DNA of 64,000 nt from the human T2T-CHM13v2.0 reference genome, Homo sapiens (GCF_009914755.1 NC_060928.1), one strand, 5' to 3'; shown: positions 36,524 to 53,439, numbered from the stretch's first letter. Numbers and translations are program-made. Notes: generated by a model not told the origin, from the letters alone.

Positions 36524-37594
36524 GAGATGAGTTCATCTATCTATACTTTACATATGAGAGATCAGCAGGACATGCTTCCTTTTTGGGATTGAATGCAGTG
36601 GTTTGAGTAAGAGTTTTTTGAATTTTGTTATAAGGACAACTGTTTCTAAAACAACATTTTGACCCAATTGAGCTGTGTTTTTTAAATCCGTTCAGTGGAG
36701 TCTCTCTCTCTCTCTTTTTTTTCTCTGAAAGCAGATATTGACTTTAGACACAGACTCAGTCTTCCCAATACACACCAAAAAGTTGATCTGGCTGTTAAAA
36801 CAACACTGACAATTCTTCAGGCAGATATTTCAAGGCTAAGTGTTTTTCCCAAGGCTGAGTATTTGATTTAAAACAACAAAACAAGCTGGCAGTTACAGGC
36901 TGGACTTGAAACATTCTCAATCAGTGATGAAGTGCATCGCGCGCCCTTGGGTTTTCTTCCCAAGGCATCTAAGAAGCAGCCAGATTTCCAGCTTGTGTGA
37001 ACCAAATGGCAGCCTAAGGAAGTGACAGCACTTACCCTCTTTTGCATCAGCAGTGGTCAGTGAGTAAAATGAAGTGAGCCCCAAACTTCCTCTTAATGAG
37101 AAAAAGTGTTACTTTATCAACCAAGTTGCTCTACCAGGATACACTTAATTTCCTATATTTCCTTTAATAAAGGTGAAAAAAAACAAAGTCGATATATTGC
37201 TAGATACATGAGCTTTGCTTTAAATTAAAACCCACTTCCTTCCCAGAACCATCAGAGATGAAATCTGAGTTTATGCTCCCCCAACAAATTGGAGGACACA
37301 TTTATTTCAGAATTCAACAGAAGATAGGGAAAGACTAATAGGAAGAAAAAAAAACAAGAAAGAATATTATAAATAATTTTACAGCAGAACAGGAGATTTA
37401 TGTCTTTTTCCATTGTACACAAGGTTGTTTCATAATCTCTTGTGAGAGATTAAAAACTACTGAGCATACTAAGACACTTCTCTGTATTTATAACCCATTC
37501 TGAAATTGTGATTTATAACCTTGGGCCCTAATTAGTTAAGTGATATTGATAGCAGATGTGATACTTATGGAAAAATGTAACCTTGGGTGAAAGG

Positions 37595-37652
37595 CTCTCT
37601 CTCTCTCTCTCTGTGTCGGGTGTGTGTGTGTGTGTGTGCGTGCGTGCACGTG
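37595..37652. repeat. (CT)n-(GT)n-(GCGT) compound microsatellite
   Basis: Directly visible. Confidence 0.9.
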
Positions 37653-38654
37653 TATGTTGACCAAATAATTATAATATTTTACTACCTAGACTCTTATTCA
37701 ATTATGCAAGGTGTCATGCTTTCACATACATGGCTTACTGAAGGCAAGCCTCACAATAAGCCTATGGGGACGAGGGTGTTATTATTTCTCTTTTGAAGAG
37801 AAGAGAGCTGAGTTCTGAGAGGCTGAGAGTCACACAACTAGTAGGATAGCACAAGGTCACCTGAATGCAATGACCTTTTCACTGCCCCATAAGATTTCAC
37901 CCACCCATCCATCCACTCAGCATTAAATCAGAACTTCCTACATGTTATGAGTTTTTAAAAATGGTGACAAAATATACATAACAAAATTAAATATCTTAAC
38001 CATTTTTATATGTATAGTTCAGTACTGTTAAGTATACTTACATCATTATGCAAGCAATCTCCAGAACTTTTTCATCTTCCTAAAATAAAACTCTATAGCC
38101 ATTAAACAACTTCCCATTTCTCCCTCCCCAAGCCCCTGGCAACCACCGTTTTACTTTCTGTTTCTGTGAATCTGACTCTTGTAGATACCTCATAGAGTGG
38201 AATCATACAGAATTTGTCTGTGACTGACTTATTTCATTTCACATAATGACCTCAAGATTCATCCATGTTGCAGTGTATGTTAGAATTTCTTTCCTTTATA
38301 AAGAAGAATTTACAACATTTTGTTTATTCATTCTTCCATTAATGGACAGGTGGGTTGCTTCCACTTTTTGGCTATTGTGAATAATGCTATAATGAACATG
38401 GATGTGCAATACCTTCTTGAAACTCTGCTTTTAATTCTTTTGGATATATACCAGAAGTGGAATTGCTGGATTGCATGGTAATTCTATACTTAATCTTAAA
38501 GAAACTGCCATACTGTTCCATAGTGGCTGCATCATTTTGTGTTCCCACTAGCAAGACACAAGGATTTGAATTTCCTTACATCTTTGCCAATATTTATTTT
38601 CTGGTTTGTGTATAGTTTTTATTTGTATATATATATATTTTTTCTGCTAGTATC

Positions 38655-39081
38655 TGCTCTTATTTGAATGTGTCCCTTCCAAAATTAAGGTTAAAACTTA
38701 ATCCCCAGTGTGATGATATTAAGAGGTGGGGCCTTTTTGAAAGTGATTAAGTCATGAGGGCTTCACCTTCATGAATGGATTAGTGCCTTATAAAGGGTAG
38801 GAGAAAACTACTTAGGCCCTGTTGCCCTTCCTCCTTCTGCCATGTGAGGACACAGTATTCATCCCCTCTGGAAGATGCAGCAATGAGGGGTCATCTTAGC
38901 AGCATAGAGAATGAGCACTCACCAGACACTGAGTATCAGTGCCTTGATGTTGGAATTTCCAGCCTCCAGAACTGTAAGAAATAAATATGTTTCATATTTA
39001 TATATATATATATATATATAATTCTTCATAAATTATCCTATTTGTGGTATTTTGTTATAGCAGCACTAATGGATTAATACA
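38655..39081 (+). mobile_element. MST/MLT1A-like MaLR solo LTR with internal (TA)n
   Basis: TG...CA ends, GAGGTGGGGCCTTT, CCAGCCTCCAGAACTGTAAGAAATAAA. Confidence 0.85.
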
Positions 39082-39102
39082 GTAGACATCCCCCCCCGCC
39101 TT

Positions 39103-39444
<342 letters not shown>

Positions 39445-40639
39445 TAATGACTAGTGATGTTGAGCATCTTTTCTTGTTTCTTGGCTACCTGTATTTCATT
39501 TTTGGAGAAGGTTTATGCAAGTTCTTTGACCATCTTTTGACTGAATGTGTTGCTGAGTTGTAGGAATTCTTTATATATTCTGATATTAACCCCTTAGCAG
39601 ACATGATTAGTAAATATCTTCTCCAATTGGACATGGGTATTTATATATTTCATATAGTTTTTATGATAACCCTGCAAAGTGCCCACTTTATAGGGGAAAT
39701 AATTGAGGTAGAAATCATTTCATGAACTTGTCTAGGGTTTCTCAGTCAGTGCCAGGTGTCATACTGTCACTGTGGATTTCTGTTTCCAAAGCAAGTGTTC
39801 TTTCTACTACATCCTGCTGTCTGAACACATTTCTTAAAATATTTCTATCCTTTAAAAATAAAAGCAAAAAGAAAAAAGGGAAAAACAATACAAGAAAAAT
39901 AAACCAAAAAACTTGATGAAGTTTTAGGCAAACACAATTATAAGTAAAGGTACATTAAGCCATGTTTATGGTAGGACTGTTACATGATGAGTATAAGGTA
40001 GTTTTCACCTTTATTGTGCTACATTTAATGGTTCGTAAGATCCTCTTTCAGTGAGCTTCCCAATAATGTAGTCATTACTGCAAGTTAACATTTTCCTTGA
40101 CTAAGAGGCAGAGGACTCCTTATGCACTGGAGTACCTGTGAGGTGTTTGGTGGAGAGGAGGTTATCTCATATTTCCAGGTCACACAGTAAAAAAAAAGCG
40201 GGATGATTGAAATTCTATGGAGCATACTTTATCTGATTCTTCAAAGTAAAATAAATGCTATTGAATGACACAGAATCAGTTTTATATTCATTTAAAAGAT
40301 GCTAAAGAACAAAAGACCAAGTCTAATTACTTAGATACCTAAAGTTCCATATTTTTAACTTCATTTACTTCTGTAAAGACAAGTATTTGCATAGAAAAAT
40401 TTCTCTACAGAAAATGCCAGTTTCCTGAAGGAGGAAATTGATTCCTGAAAGCATTAAAAAGGTGAATAGAGATGAGAAGGATTTTTAAGGACAGTAGGCC
40501 ATAGAACTACATGGCATCTCCAAGAGACCTCAAATTTCTTTTTGGGCTCCACAGCCTTTTCTTAGCGATCAGATCCCGCTCTTAAAGTTTTTTCTGAGAC
40601 CCCAAGGAACCCCATCTCCTTGGGTCCAGAGTAGATAGG

Positions 40640-40865
40640 GTGAGTATACTTAACAATAATTTATTTTGTATATTTCAAAATAAATAACTATAAAAGTAGA
40701 TTTGGAATGTTCTCAACACAAAGAAATGATCATAAATGTTTGAGGTAATGAAAATCCTAATTACCAAGATTTGATCCTTACACATGGCATGCTTGGTCAA
40801 AATATCGCATGTATCCCATAAATATGTACAACTGTCAAGTACCTATGAAGATTAAAAACCAAAAC
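40640..40865 (+). mobile_element. L1MA-like 3' UTR fragment
   Basis: AACAATAATTTATT...GAATGTTCTCAACACAAAGAAATGAT...CCCATAAATATGTACAA. Confidence 0.7.
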
Positions 40866-40876
40866 AATGAATTGAC

Positions 40877-41382
40877 TGTATTAGTTTTTTTTTGTTGTTG
40901 CTGTAACAAATTACCATGAACTTAGTGGAATAAAACAAGAATTTATCTTAAATTTCTGGAGGTCAGAAGTCCAAAATGGGTCTCACTGGGCAAAAATAAA
41001 AGTGTTGGTATGGCTGGGTTCTTTCTAGAGACTCCAGGGGAGGTTCTGTTTCTTGCCTTTTCCAAATTCTATAGGTCACTCACATTTCTTGGCTTATGGC
41101 CTCTTTCTCCATCTTCACAGTCAGCAACATCAGACTGAGTCTTTTCATGCTGTCATCTCTATGATTCTCTCCTTTGGCCTCCCTCTTCCACATTAGGGAC
41201 CCTGTGTTTACATTGGGCCCACCTAGATAATCCAGGATAATCCACCCTTCTCAAGGTCAGCTGATTAGCAACCTCAATTTCATCTTCAGCCTTACTTCCC
41301 CTCTGCCATGTAACAACATATTCACAGGTTCTGGGGGTTGGGATGCAGACCTCTTGGGGTAGGACATTACTCTGCCTATCAT
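40877..41382 (-). mobile_element. MLT1 (D/E-like) MaLR solo LTR
   Basis: TGTATTAGTT...GCTGTAACAAATTACCA...GGAGGTCAGAAGTCC...CATTGGGCCCACCTAGATAATCCAGGATAATC. Confidence 0.85.
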
Positions 41383-43104
41383 ATTGACTGAATGAACAAA
41401 ATGGAAAAAATAAGCTTTGCCTAATCATCTATGTTTTTTTGATTCAAACAATGATTTTGAATTTGATAATGTACAAAGACCTAAAACTTCAAAATAAACC
41501 AATATACTGGAAGATTGTATCCATCACCTTAAAAAGTTGATTAAATATCTCATGACTTTAAAAATAATAAATTTCAATGATAATGGAAGATCAAAAACAA
41601 TTGATTTCATAGACTATTTAGATCTATATTCTGTAGATATAGAACCAAGCACTTTTACCAGAAGAAAGAAACCCAGCTATGCAAAGGCTTGAAACCATTG
41701 TTTTTATTTTATAACTGGCCTGCTGATCATCATAAAATAATTAATATGGACTGAGGGAATGCCCCAAATCTCAGACATGTTATTTCCTATCAACTTTGGA
41801 TACAGATCCTCTGCTGGAGCAAGCCAAATGAACTACAGTGTTTCATCATTATTCTGCTGGGAATCATGCTTAAAGATCTATGCTAAAATTTCATTTAAAA
41901 AATTTCTGTGACATACAACAATGAACTCTGTTCTTTCTACCAATAACCTCGTTGACTGACACTTTCATAATCAATATAAGCACTTAACTGATTATCCACC
42001 CCCATCAACCTAGAATCCATTTCACCCCACAAAGTAATCCAGTTTTTATACCTTTTTCCCATCAAAGAAATAAAACTCTACAGAAACACAAACTGTTTGA
42101 CTCCAATCTGAAGGGCATGTACAGTTACCTACTGAGATTTCAAAAGAGTTACTAATAGCATCTAGAATATGACATTCTCTCATGTCAAAATGCACCTTGG
42201 ACCAGTTTTCCCAAATCAAACCCACAAGACAGTTTTGCATCCTGATGCCTGCTACATCTACATGACAAAAATGACCAAATCAGGAATAGTAATAATCTCA
42301 TTTGGAATTTATAATCTCACATTTCTTCTTCATTATAATCTCAGTCATGAGAGTTCTTATTTGTCAAGTTTTCTTTTGAGATAGCACTATTGTGGATGGC
42401 TTCCAAGTTTTAAGGCACAGTTGAAAGCCATGCCCCTGAAAATAGATTTCTAATTCACATCATACTGCTGTATTTGTGGACACTTGTCATCTCATGTTCA
42501 TGCAAGTATACATCAGAAATCTGTCAATTCTGGCAGCAATTTCTTATTTTCCACATTAATCTTTTTAGTCTAAATTAGAGCTTCCCATGCCTCATCTTAC
42601 TTCAATATTGAGAACCTATCCCCATTTTACAGGTAATGAAAATGAGGCTAAGCAAAGTGAATACACCTAAAGTCATACTGCTAGAAATGGCAGAGTGGGG
42701 ATTCTCACAGGCTCTGAGGCATGCGTCCAAGCTACACCCACCACATGTGCTGTGTCCTAGTGCATCTCTCAGGGAGGCTGGGACCAGGGGAAGTGAGGAG
42801 AGAAGGTGATAGTTTTCCCAGGACACCTGGCCTCTACTTGCTCTTTAAATCCTTCTTTGGAGGGTCACAATCCACACTTGGGAAAATGGTCTGAGGAATA
42901 AGTATTCATTTAGTAAGATTTATGCCCTGAAGTCTTCTCTGTATTTTATTAGTAGGAGAGCAAATAGGAGGCCTCTGATTGAGAGTTGGTCACACACAGT
43001 GCTCACTCTGTCACAATATGGTGAAGTCCCCCTCTCTGAAACATCTAAGCACTGATCTTGACTAAATGCAAACAATTGTTCAGCATTCTATTATTTATAT
43101 GTTT

Positions 43105-43738
43105 TTAAAACTTTTAATTGTAGTAAAAAGCACATATGAAATTTGCCTCATTAACCATTCTTAAGTCTATAGTAATGCCCATTTCTTCCTTCTCCTACCC
43201 CCCCGGCAACAACCATTCTACTTTCTATTTCTATTAAGGGGACTGTTTTAGATCCCTCATATCAGTGGAATCATACAAATTCATTTCTTTTGTGATGGAC
43301 TTACTTCACTTAGCACAAGATCCTCAAGGTTCATTCATGTTGTAGCCTGAATGGTATCTCATATATACCAGCTTTTATCCATTTATCTATTGATGGGCAC
43401 TTGGGTTGTTTCTGCCTCTTGGTTTTTGTGAATAATGCTGTTATGAACATGGGTGTACAATATCTTCTTGACACTCATATATCTAATAAGTAGTTAATAC
43501 CCAGATTAGATGAAAAACTCCAGTAACTCACAACAGCCAAAAAAAAAGCAATTAAATAATGGAAAAGAACTTGAATAGAGATTTCGCCAAAGATGACATA
43601 CATATGGCCAAAAGTATATAAGAAGATGCTCAATATTGTTAATCATTAAGAAAATGCTAAGCAAAACCACAATGAGATATCACCTCACACCGATTAGAAT
43701 TTCTATTAACATAAGAAAATCAGAAAATAACATGTGTG
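43105..43738 (-). mobile_element. Old L1 with 5' inversion
   Basis: Reverse L1 3' end (43105-43475) joined to a forward ORF2 segment (43476-43738). Confidence 0.75.
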
Positions 43739-44382
43739 CTTATATATTTTAACATTCATCAGTTTTTCATTGGTTTGATACACTAAAATAAAGCATTCTA
43801 TGAATTTATAATGTCATGCAAATAAAAATGTGCTCCAGTTATTGTTTGATGACCTCTGGTCATGGCCTCTCATTCACTGGGCAAGAGGAAGCCCAGAACC
43901 AATAACAGAAGCTCAACATAGTTCTGCAGCACCTTCACAAATTCTGTACTCAGCATGGTTGTCTTATTACTTTTCTGGTCTTTAGGTTGGAACAAGAAAG
44001 TAGTCTCAGCCCTGGATTCTTTATGTCCTTGAAAGAGTTATTGACATATATTGTTTTCCTTTTTTGATTAGCATCATAGTTCATAGAATCTTCTAGGCTT
44101 GTAGGATCTGTTGCTTAGTTTATAATAAACAAAGGTCTACCTAGCTCATATTGTTCTTTTGTGAAAAGTAGAAAAAGATGGCCTATTTGGAAAAACTCAC
44201 CCTCATGGGCCATGTCTTAGTAAGCAGAATGTGGGACTGAACTCAGCATCCCCATACCCATTCACTCAGATGCCCTTTTGCAATGGCCCAGGAGAGTAAT
44301 TTTAGACATTAATTCCTCTTAGAAGATTTAAACAATGTAGTAGTTTGTAACATCACATAATTAGATCTCAAAACAAGCCTTC

Positions 44383-46717
44383 TGTATTAGTCCGTTCTCA
44401 CATTGCTATAAAGATCTACCTGAGACTGGGTAATTTATGAAGAAAAGAGGTTTAATTGACTCAGTTCCACAGGCTGTAAAGATAGCATGGCTGAGAGGCC
44501 TCAGGAAACTTACGATCATGGCAGAAGGTGAAGGGGAAGCAAATACATCTTACCATAGTGGAGCAGGAGAGAGAGAGAGTGAAGGGGAAAGTGCTACACA
44601 CTTGTAAGCCACCAGATCTCATGAGAACTCACTCACCATCATAAGAACAGCATGGGGAAAATCCACTCCAGAAAATCCACTCCCATGATCCAATCACATC
44701 CCACCAGGTCCCTCCCCCAAAACTGGGAACTATAAATTGGCTTGAGATTTGGGTAAGGATACAGAACCAAACTGTATAATTCTGTTCCTGGCCCCACCTA
44801 AATCTCATGTTCTTCTCACATTTCAAAACAAAAGCAACATGACTTCTCAACAGTCCCCCAAGTCTTAGCTCATTTGAGTTTTAACTCAAAAGACCAAGTC
44901 CAAAGGGTTATCTTAGACAAGGCAAATCCCTTCTGCCTATGAGCTTGTAAAATAAAAACAAGTTAGTTACTTCCAAGTTACAATGGGGATACAGGCATTG
45001 GGTAAATGCTCCCATTCCAAAAGGGAGAAATTGGACAAAACAAAGGGGCTACAGGCCCCACGCAAGTCCCAAACCCAGCAGGGCAGTCATAAATCTTAAA
45101 GCTCCAAAATAATCTCCTTTAACTCCATGTCTCACATCAAGGGCACACTCATGCAAGGGGTAGACTCCCAAAGCCTTGTGAAGCTCTGCCTTTATGGCTC
45201 TGCAGGGTACAGCCCCTGTGGCTGCTTTCACAGGCTGATGTTGACTGCCTGCAGCTTTTCCAGGAGCATGGTGTAAGCTGTCAGTGGACCTACTATTCTG
45301 GGGTCTGGAGGATGGTGGCCTTCTTCTTACAGCTGCACTAGGGAGTGCCCCACTGGGGACTCTGTGTGGTGGCTCCAACCCCACATTTCTCCTCTGCACT
45401 GCCCTAGTAGAGTTTCTCCATGAGGAGAAGTCTGCCTGCAACAGGCATTTTAATACATCCTCTGAAATCTAGGCCGAGGCCCCCAAACCTCAACTCTTCC
45501 CTTCTGTGTACCTGCAGGTTCAACACCATGTGGAATCTGCCAAGGCTTGAGGCTTGCACCCTCTGAAGCAATGGCCCAAACTGTACCTTGGCCCCTTTTA
45601 GCCACAGCTGGAGCTGGAGTGACTGGGATGCAGGGTTCCATAACCTGAGGCTGCACAGAGCAGCAGGACCCTGAGCCCTGCCCACAGAAGCATTTTTCCC
45701 TCCTAGGCCTCCAGGCCTGTGATGCGAGTGGCTGCTGTGAAAGTCTCTGAACTGTCCTGGAGTAATTTTCCCCATTGTCTTGGCAATTAACATTCAGCTC
45801 CTCTTTATTTATGCAAATTTCTGAAGCCAGCTTGAATTTCTCCCCAGAATGGGTTTTTCTTTTCTACCACATATTCAGGCTATACATTTTTCAAGCTTTT
45901 ACCCTTTGCTTCCCTTTTAAACATTTGCTTACGCAAATAAGTGTAAGTTTTTAAAAGCAGCCAGGCCACGTCTTGAATGCTCTGCTGCTTAGAAATTTCT
46001 TCCACCAGATACACTAAATCATCTTTCACAAATTCAAAGTTCCACAGATTGCTGGAGCAGGAACACAATACCACAAGTCTTTTTGCTAAAGCATAGCAAG
46101 ATTGACCTTTACTCCAGTTCCCAATAAGTTCCTCATCTCCATCTGAAACTACCTCAGCCTGGACTTCACTGTCCATATCACTATCAGCATTTTGGTCACA
46201 ACAATTCAACAAGTCTCTAGGAAGTTCCAAACTTTTTTTTCACCTTCCTGTCTTCTTCTGATCCTTCCAATCTGTTCCAGCCTCTACCCATTACCCAGTT
46301 CCAAAGTCATTTCCACAGTTTCAGGTATCTTTATAGCAATGCCTCACTTCTCTGGTAACAATTATCTTTATTAGTTTATTCTCACACTGCTGTAAAGAAC
46401 TACCTGAGACTGAGTAATTCCACAGGCTGTATAGGAAGCACCGCTGGGAGGCCTCAGGAAACTTAAAATCATGGTAGAAGACAAGGGGGAAGCAAGCACA
46501 TCTTACCATGGCAGAGCAGGAGAGAGAGAGTGATGGGGAAAGTGCCACGTATTTTTAAAAAAACAGATCTTGTGAGAGCTCATTCACTATCACAAGAACA
46601 GCAAGGAGAAAATCCACCCCCATGCTCCCATCACCTTCCACCAGGTCCCTCCACCATCATGGGGAATTACAATTTGACATGAGATTTGGGTGGGAGACAT
46701 AGAGCCAAAGCATATTA
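44383..46717 (-). mobile_element. Full-structure MSTA-like MaLR provirus (LTR 44383-44779, internal region, LTR 46367-46717)
   Basis: Two homologous LTRs, internal MaLR ORF remnant (MELPRDLLN...SDGDEELIGNWSKG), perfect 5-bp TSD CCTTC. Confidence 0.93.
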
Positions 46718-48140
46718 CCTTCTTTTATGACTTGATTTTTATAAGTTTTTAATCCCTCATTTTCTTTTATGACTAGACTCCCTATGTGACTAATCTGAGC
46801 TACTTTTGTGCTGTGATGCCAGGAGGTGAATTTCTCAAAAGAAGCTGGCGTCTCTGATTCAAAGAGCAACACAAGTGAGGAGGATTCCCAAAGGGCTAAT
46901 ACCATAGCATTTTAACTAATGGGGGCTACTCTTCATTTGCTATGGCCAGATTACAATCTTTAGCAATCCTCTACTTGTTCAGAAAGCTTTTTCTTTCTCT
47001 GTATTTAATTTTTGTGTGTATCCGAGATCTTTCTATTATTTAATCCTGTGTCCCTGGAGGACATGACACAGACTCCTTCCCTGCTCAGAGAATTAAATAT
47101 TTGAAAGAACAAGTTAATGAACACATTCTTACATTGTTCTCAAGATGTTACATGAAATGTAGGCCAAATAGATCTTGTTGACCATCTGACTCAATTTTAT
47201 AAATGAAAAAAGTGTAGCCCTTGATATGAATGGATGGAATTGAATCTTTATGCTTTGGTTATTTTTAATCAACATTTTATTCTAAAAGGCCATTTCAGAC
47301 CATATGTAAATGGACTAAAGAAATTAAAGTTCAAGACCTTGACTTCTTTCGAATAAATTGTCAAATATATTATAATACTCAAGTATTGGGTGTATTTGAA
47401 ATTAATTTGAATATTTTAGGTCACTCACTAAGAAAAAATAAAATAGTAACTTAAAATAGAAACTTTGAATCGGCAAAATTTATTTTATTTTTCTCTTCAT
47501 ATTTGCTATTTTAATCATTATTAAGATTTTACTTATATCTAAAGATTTCTTTGTTTACAGTAATAATATCACATTAAGGAATATAGACCAATTAAGAAAG
47601 CACATTCTTTAAATAACTCTATTGATGGCTACAACATACACTTTCAGTCTTTAAAGTATTGTTTCATGCTATGAAATCACTTAATAGCTTCAGAGAATGA
47701 GATAAAGAAGTGCAGTTGTTTCTCTAAGGTAATTCAAGGTTGACTCTGCAAAACAAGCAATAGTAGGTATAACAAATCTGTTTCTTTGAAGCAAGAGATG
47801 GTGTTAATGTTAGGACAGTCTAGGAAACAGACAGACTCCTAGTTAGCATGGTAATTATGAATTTTTAATATCACCTAAGACCCATAAGGTCTCACCATCC
47901 CAAACAAAAAATAAGTATCATTTCTAATGTGTATTTTCTTCTCTTTATGCTAATTATCTTTTTACCCAGTCAACAGTCTTATTTCATCGTATAGCAAATA
48001 TAATTTTCCCATATTGTTGATTGCAGACTACAAGTCAGATATTACTGTGAGGCTTTGGTTTTTACATCTTTGATAGAAGATATTATTTAACCTCAGTTTT
48101 ACCTACTGGCTCTTGCCTGTCAACTTACTGCTTAAAGAAC

Positions 48141-49853
<1,713 letters not shown>

Positions 49854-52800
49854 AAAGAACATTTAGAAGTATAGGCTCCATGATTATTGATCATACTCAG
49901 CAAAGCACTGGCCTGAGGTACACCTAAATCAATCTTCACACTTTCCTGCTTAAATTGACTAACAACTCCACGAAAAATAGACTTATTTACAAAGGAAATG
50001 AGATCTCTTGCTCTAAAGTTTTAGATTAACCTTGAGATAGCTGTGCCTTTTTGTGTTAGAGCACAATTATTTTATAAAGATCATGAAATGGCTACAATAT
50101 GTGCTCTGAGAACTAAGCGTTCGGACAGTGAAGTGTGTGCTGATTTGCGTAGGAGATATATGCTTCTAAAAACTCATAATGAAATAATATATTCATTGTA
50201 GGCATGACTTTTTCATAATTGATGTGGGTAGAGATGAGATTAATAAAAGAATAAAACCTCCTAGAAATTTAACAGAGTTTGAATAATATTTAAAACCTTA
50301 AATTATTTTGATTTATAGCAGATCCAGAAATTCTAACCGTTTGGCATGGTATTTTAAAGCTGAAAGAAACCATATAGTCTATTTTCCTTAGTTTACAAAT
50401 GAGAAAAGTAAAGGTCAGAAAAATAAAATAGTCAACAACCAAGTAAGAATTGAAACTTGGGTCTCTGGCAGTGGAAATACTTATATTTCAACCACAAAAT
50501 GCAAAAATAGCAACTTGATACTGATATTGCTGTGAGGTCCTTTCTGAAATTCCTCAAATATTCCATGCTTTAGTCACTCCACCAGAACAATCTGATCATA
50601 AATACTTCAGTCTCTGAGTTCTGTTGTCCAGTGATCTATACAAAACATTCATGATGAGGCAGGGGATACTAGTTCATTTGGACTTTTGAAGGATATTCAA
50701 ATGCAAGAGAAAAGGAAGCCAAAGGGAGTGGGCAGCAGATGACAAAATGAGAGAGGGACTAGGAAAGTAGGTGTTGGAGAAATTATGTGGAGAAAACCCA
50801 AGGCCATGGGGTTGAATAGGGGATTGAGGTTAATTTGAGGGCCTGAATCAATTATGGGATTCAATGTGAATTACCTTGTTAATTAGGTAAATGTGGGACC
50901 AATCAAATGACACTGGAGTGAAGAGTAAAATGAGCGCACTTATCTGGAACCTCTTTAAAATCATCAATGTCAGTTAACGCAATATTTGTGGTTTGAAACT
51001 GAGCTGAGTCAACTCTTGTATAGTTTGGCTATTGATATGGCTTTTCTTTAAAAGCACAAGTTCAGGAACATAAACATCATTTATTCCCAATTAAAACTGA
51101 GTAGTTATTGTAAAGTGTTGTAATTCTTGTTTGTTTTGAGTTAAAGAATATTTTGTAGCATCAATAATGGCAAAAACGTGAATATAATAATTGTCAATAT
51201 GTAAATTACTCTAAGCAGCAAAAAGGTTTAATTGCCATTTTATTAAATTTTACTTACTCTTATAGAATGAGGTAAACTGTTTGATTGTCTGAAAGTTCAC
51301 TTTATTAACAGAATGAAAATTTGAAGAAAATGTTTATAAGTTGAGGTTGAAAGAAAAAGGGAAAGAAAAATTCTAGCTATTTATCTTGAACTTTTCATTA
51401 GTGACCCTGTAGCCCTTTTTCCACAATCACTCTGACCATTGCAACACTTACTTTCCTAAAGTTTTCATAGTATTTTGTGTGGACAACCTCTAGAGAATTC
51501 AAAAGAAAATGGTAATGTAATAAAGGGCACACTAATTGGCAGTGTCATGAGGAGTCATTGAGAATAAATTCCAAAGTGTGAGAATTGTGGTCTCTCAGGG
51601 AAATTGTTTTTAATTCTTCAAATGTTTACTTTATTGAACTACAGGAGACAAATAGGTGCAACAACCAATATAGCTGTGTCCTTAAAATATAAAATAGTGT
51701 GGATATTACATACATAAGAGAGAAAAATCTTCCTAAGTAGATCCCCATTAATTATAATAAGATATATTCAATATATAAATTGAATACTTACTATACTTTA
51801 TGCTCAGTATTTTTTATGCATTATCACCTTCAATCTTCCAGCTCGATGAAATGTGTATCATTTTCCTTATTTTACAGAAGGAAACAAGCTTAGGGATGTT
51901 AAGCAATTCTTCCAAGGCCACATGAGCTGGGTTTCATGTGTAAACATAGTAATAAACTCTTATTACCAAGATAATATCTGTGGTTATCATGAACTTCAAT
52001 AGATGTGACATCTAGGCAACTTGAAATAATTGGAGGAGAATTATGTGACAGGTGCTGTCACAGAGAAGCCTTAGATTCGAGGGCAAATTTGGGGGCACAA
52101 TCTTCAAAGGATAAAGAGGTGAATATGGGCCATTGTATAAATGTTACCATCTTTACTAATAGAGCTTCTCTGAAGTTCTTGGGGGAAAAAAAGACCCCAG
52201 AAGGGATTACTGTCCCTAGAGTACTGCTTCTGGCAAGATTTATGTAAAGTTGAAGGCTCTTTTGAGGGAAGACGACAGGGAGAAGTCAAAGAGAGCTTTC
52301 TCTCATTCATGTCAGGGAGACATCCATGTTGCTACTCTCTCAACTTTACTCCATTGTAATTATAATAGTGGAAGGAATGAAATTTGTTATACACTTCTGA
52401 CACGGAATTGACTTACGTTGCCAAAAAATTCTGGTTGACTATGGTAATCATGTTCAATGGATCAACTGAAAAGACCATACATCATTATGTGTTTTAGCTC
52501 TAGAGGACTCCTGTGAGTGAGGGTACATTTAAATAATATGCCAAAAAAACCTAGTAAAGTAGAAAACTAACAGATTTTTGTGTACAAGCATAAAGGAAAT
52601 ACATTTACTATGCTGTTAGTTGATTTTGTCATATCTGATTCTGCAATTGCTAAACAAATAATAGAAAATGAATATTACAATCTGTTTAATTTAAAAATGA
52701 ATGAAAAGAAAAGTAGATATAAAATAAAGCTGTGAGAAGACATGGTTATTTTTGTCTTCGTGTTTTTTTTTCCACCAAGAATTCATCCATGTTTGCTCTA

Positions 52801-52917
52801 GGAAATAATTTAGAATTTATGTAGATTTCTCACTCAAACTTAAAAAAAAATCCTTAAAGGCTTAGAAAATTTATGCATAGTGTCTTTCCAAAATTTTTTT
52901 TTGAAAAAATTTACTTT

Positions 52918-53350
52918 TGCTATTATTTAATGTTCTTCATCCACACCAAAATTCATATTGAGGCTTGATCCCCAGTGTAATAGTGTTGAGAGATGGTGGG
53001 ATCCTTAAGAGGTGTTTGGGTCATAAGGGATCTGCCATTATGAAGAGATTAATCCCATCTCTTTTGAGTGAGTGTAGGTCTGGAATAGCTACCCGAGAGT
53101 GAGTTGCTATAAATCAAGGTCATCCTTCATGTTTTGTCTTCATTGCATGTGCCTGCTTGCTGTTCTTGCATGTGTTCCTGTCGTGTGATGCCATCACTAT
53201 GTTGTGATGCAGCATGAGGCCCTCACCAGATACAGCCACCTGATCTTGGACTTCACAGCCTCCAGAAATGTGAGCTAAATAAATCTCTATTCTTTATAAA
53301 TTACTCAGTCTCAGGTATTCTCTTGTAGCCACAGAAAATGGACTAACATA
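52918..53350 (+). mobile_element. MSTB/MSTC-like MaLR solo LTR
   Basis: GAGGTGTTTGGGTCAT...CAGCCTCCAGAAATGTGAGCTAAATAAA...ATGGACTAA; near-TSD ACTTT/ACTTC. Confidence 0.85.
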
Positions 53351-53439
53351 ACTTCCTTAATATTGGCTTGTTTTTTCAAAAAAGTATATATTTCTGTAGC
53401 ACATTTTTTAAAAAGAATATAATTGAATGCAAAATGTAA

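Noticed and set aside
45049-46230. Cluster of 60-130 aa ORFs
   Set aside because: Broken remnants of the MaLR internal ORF and antisense frames.
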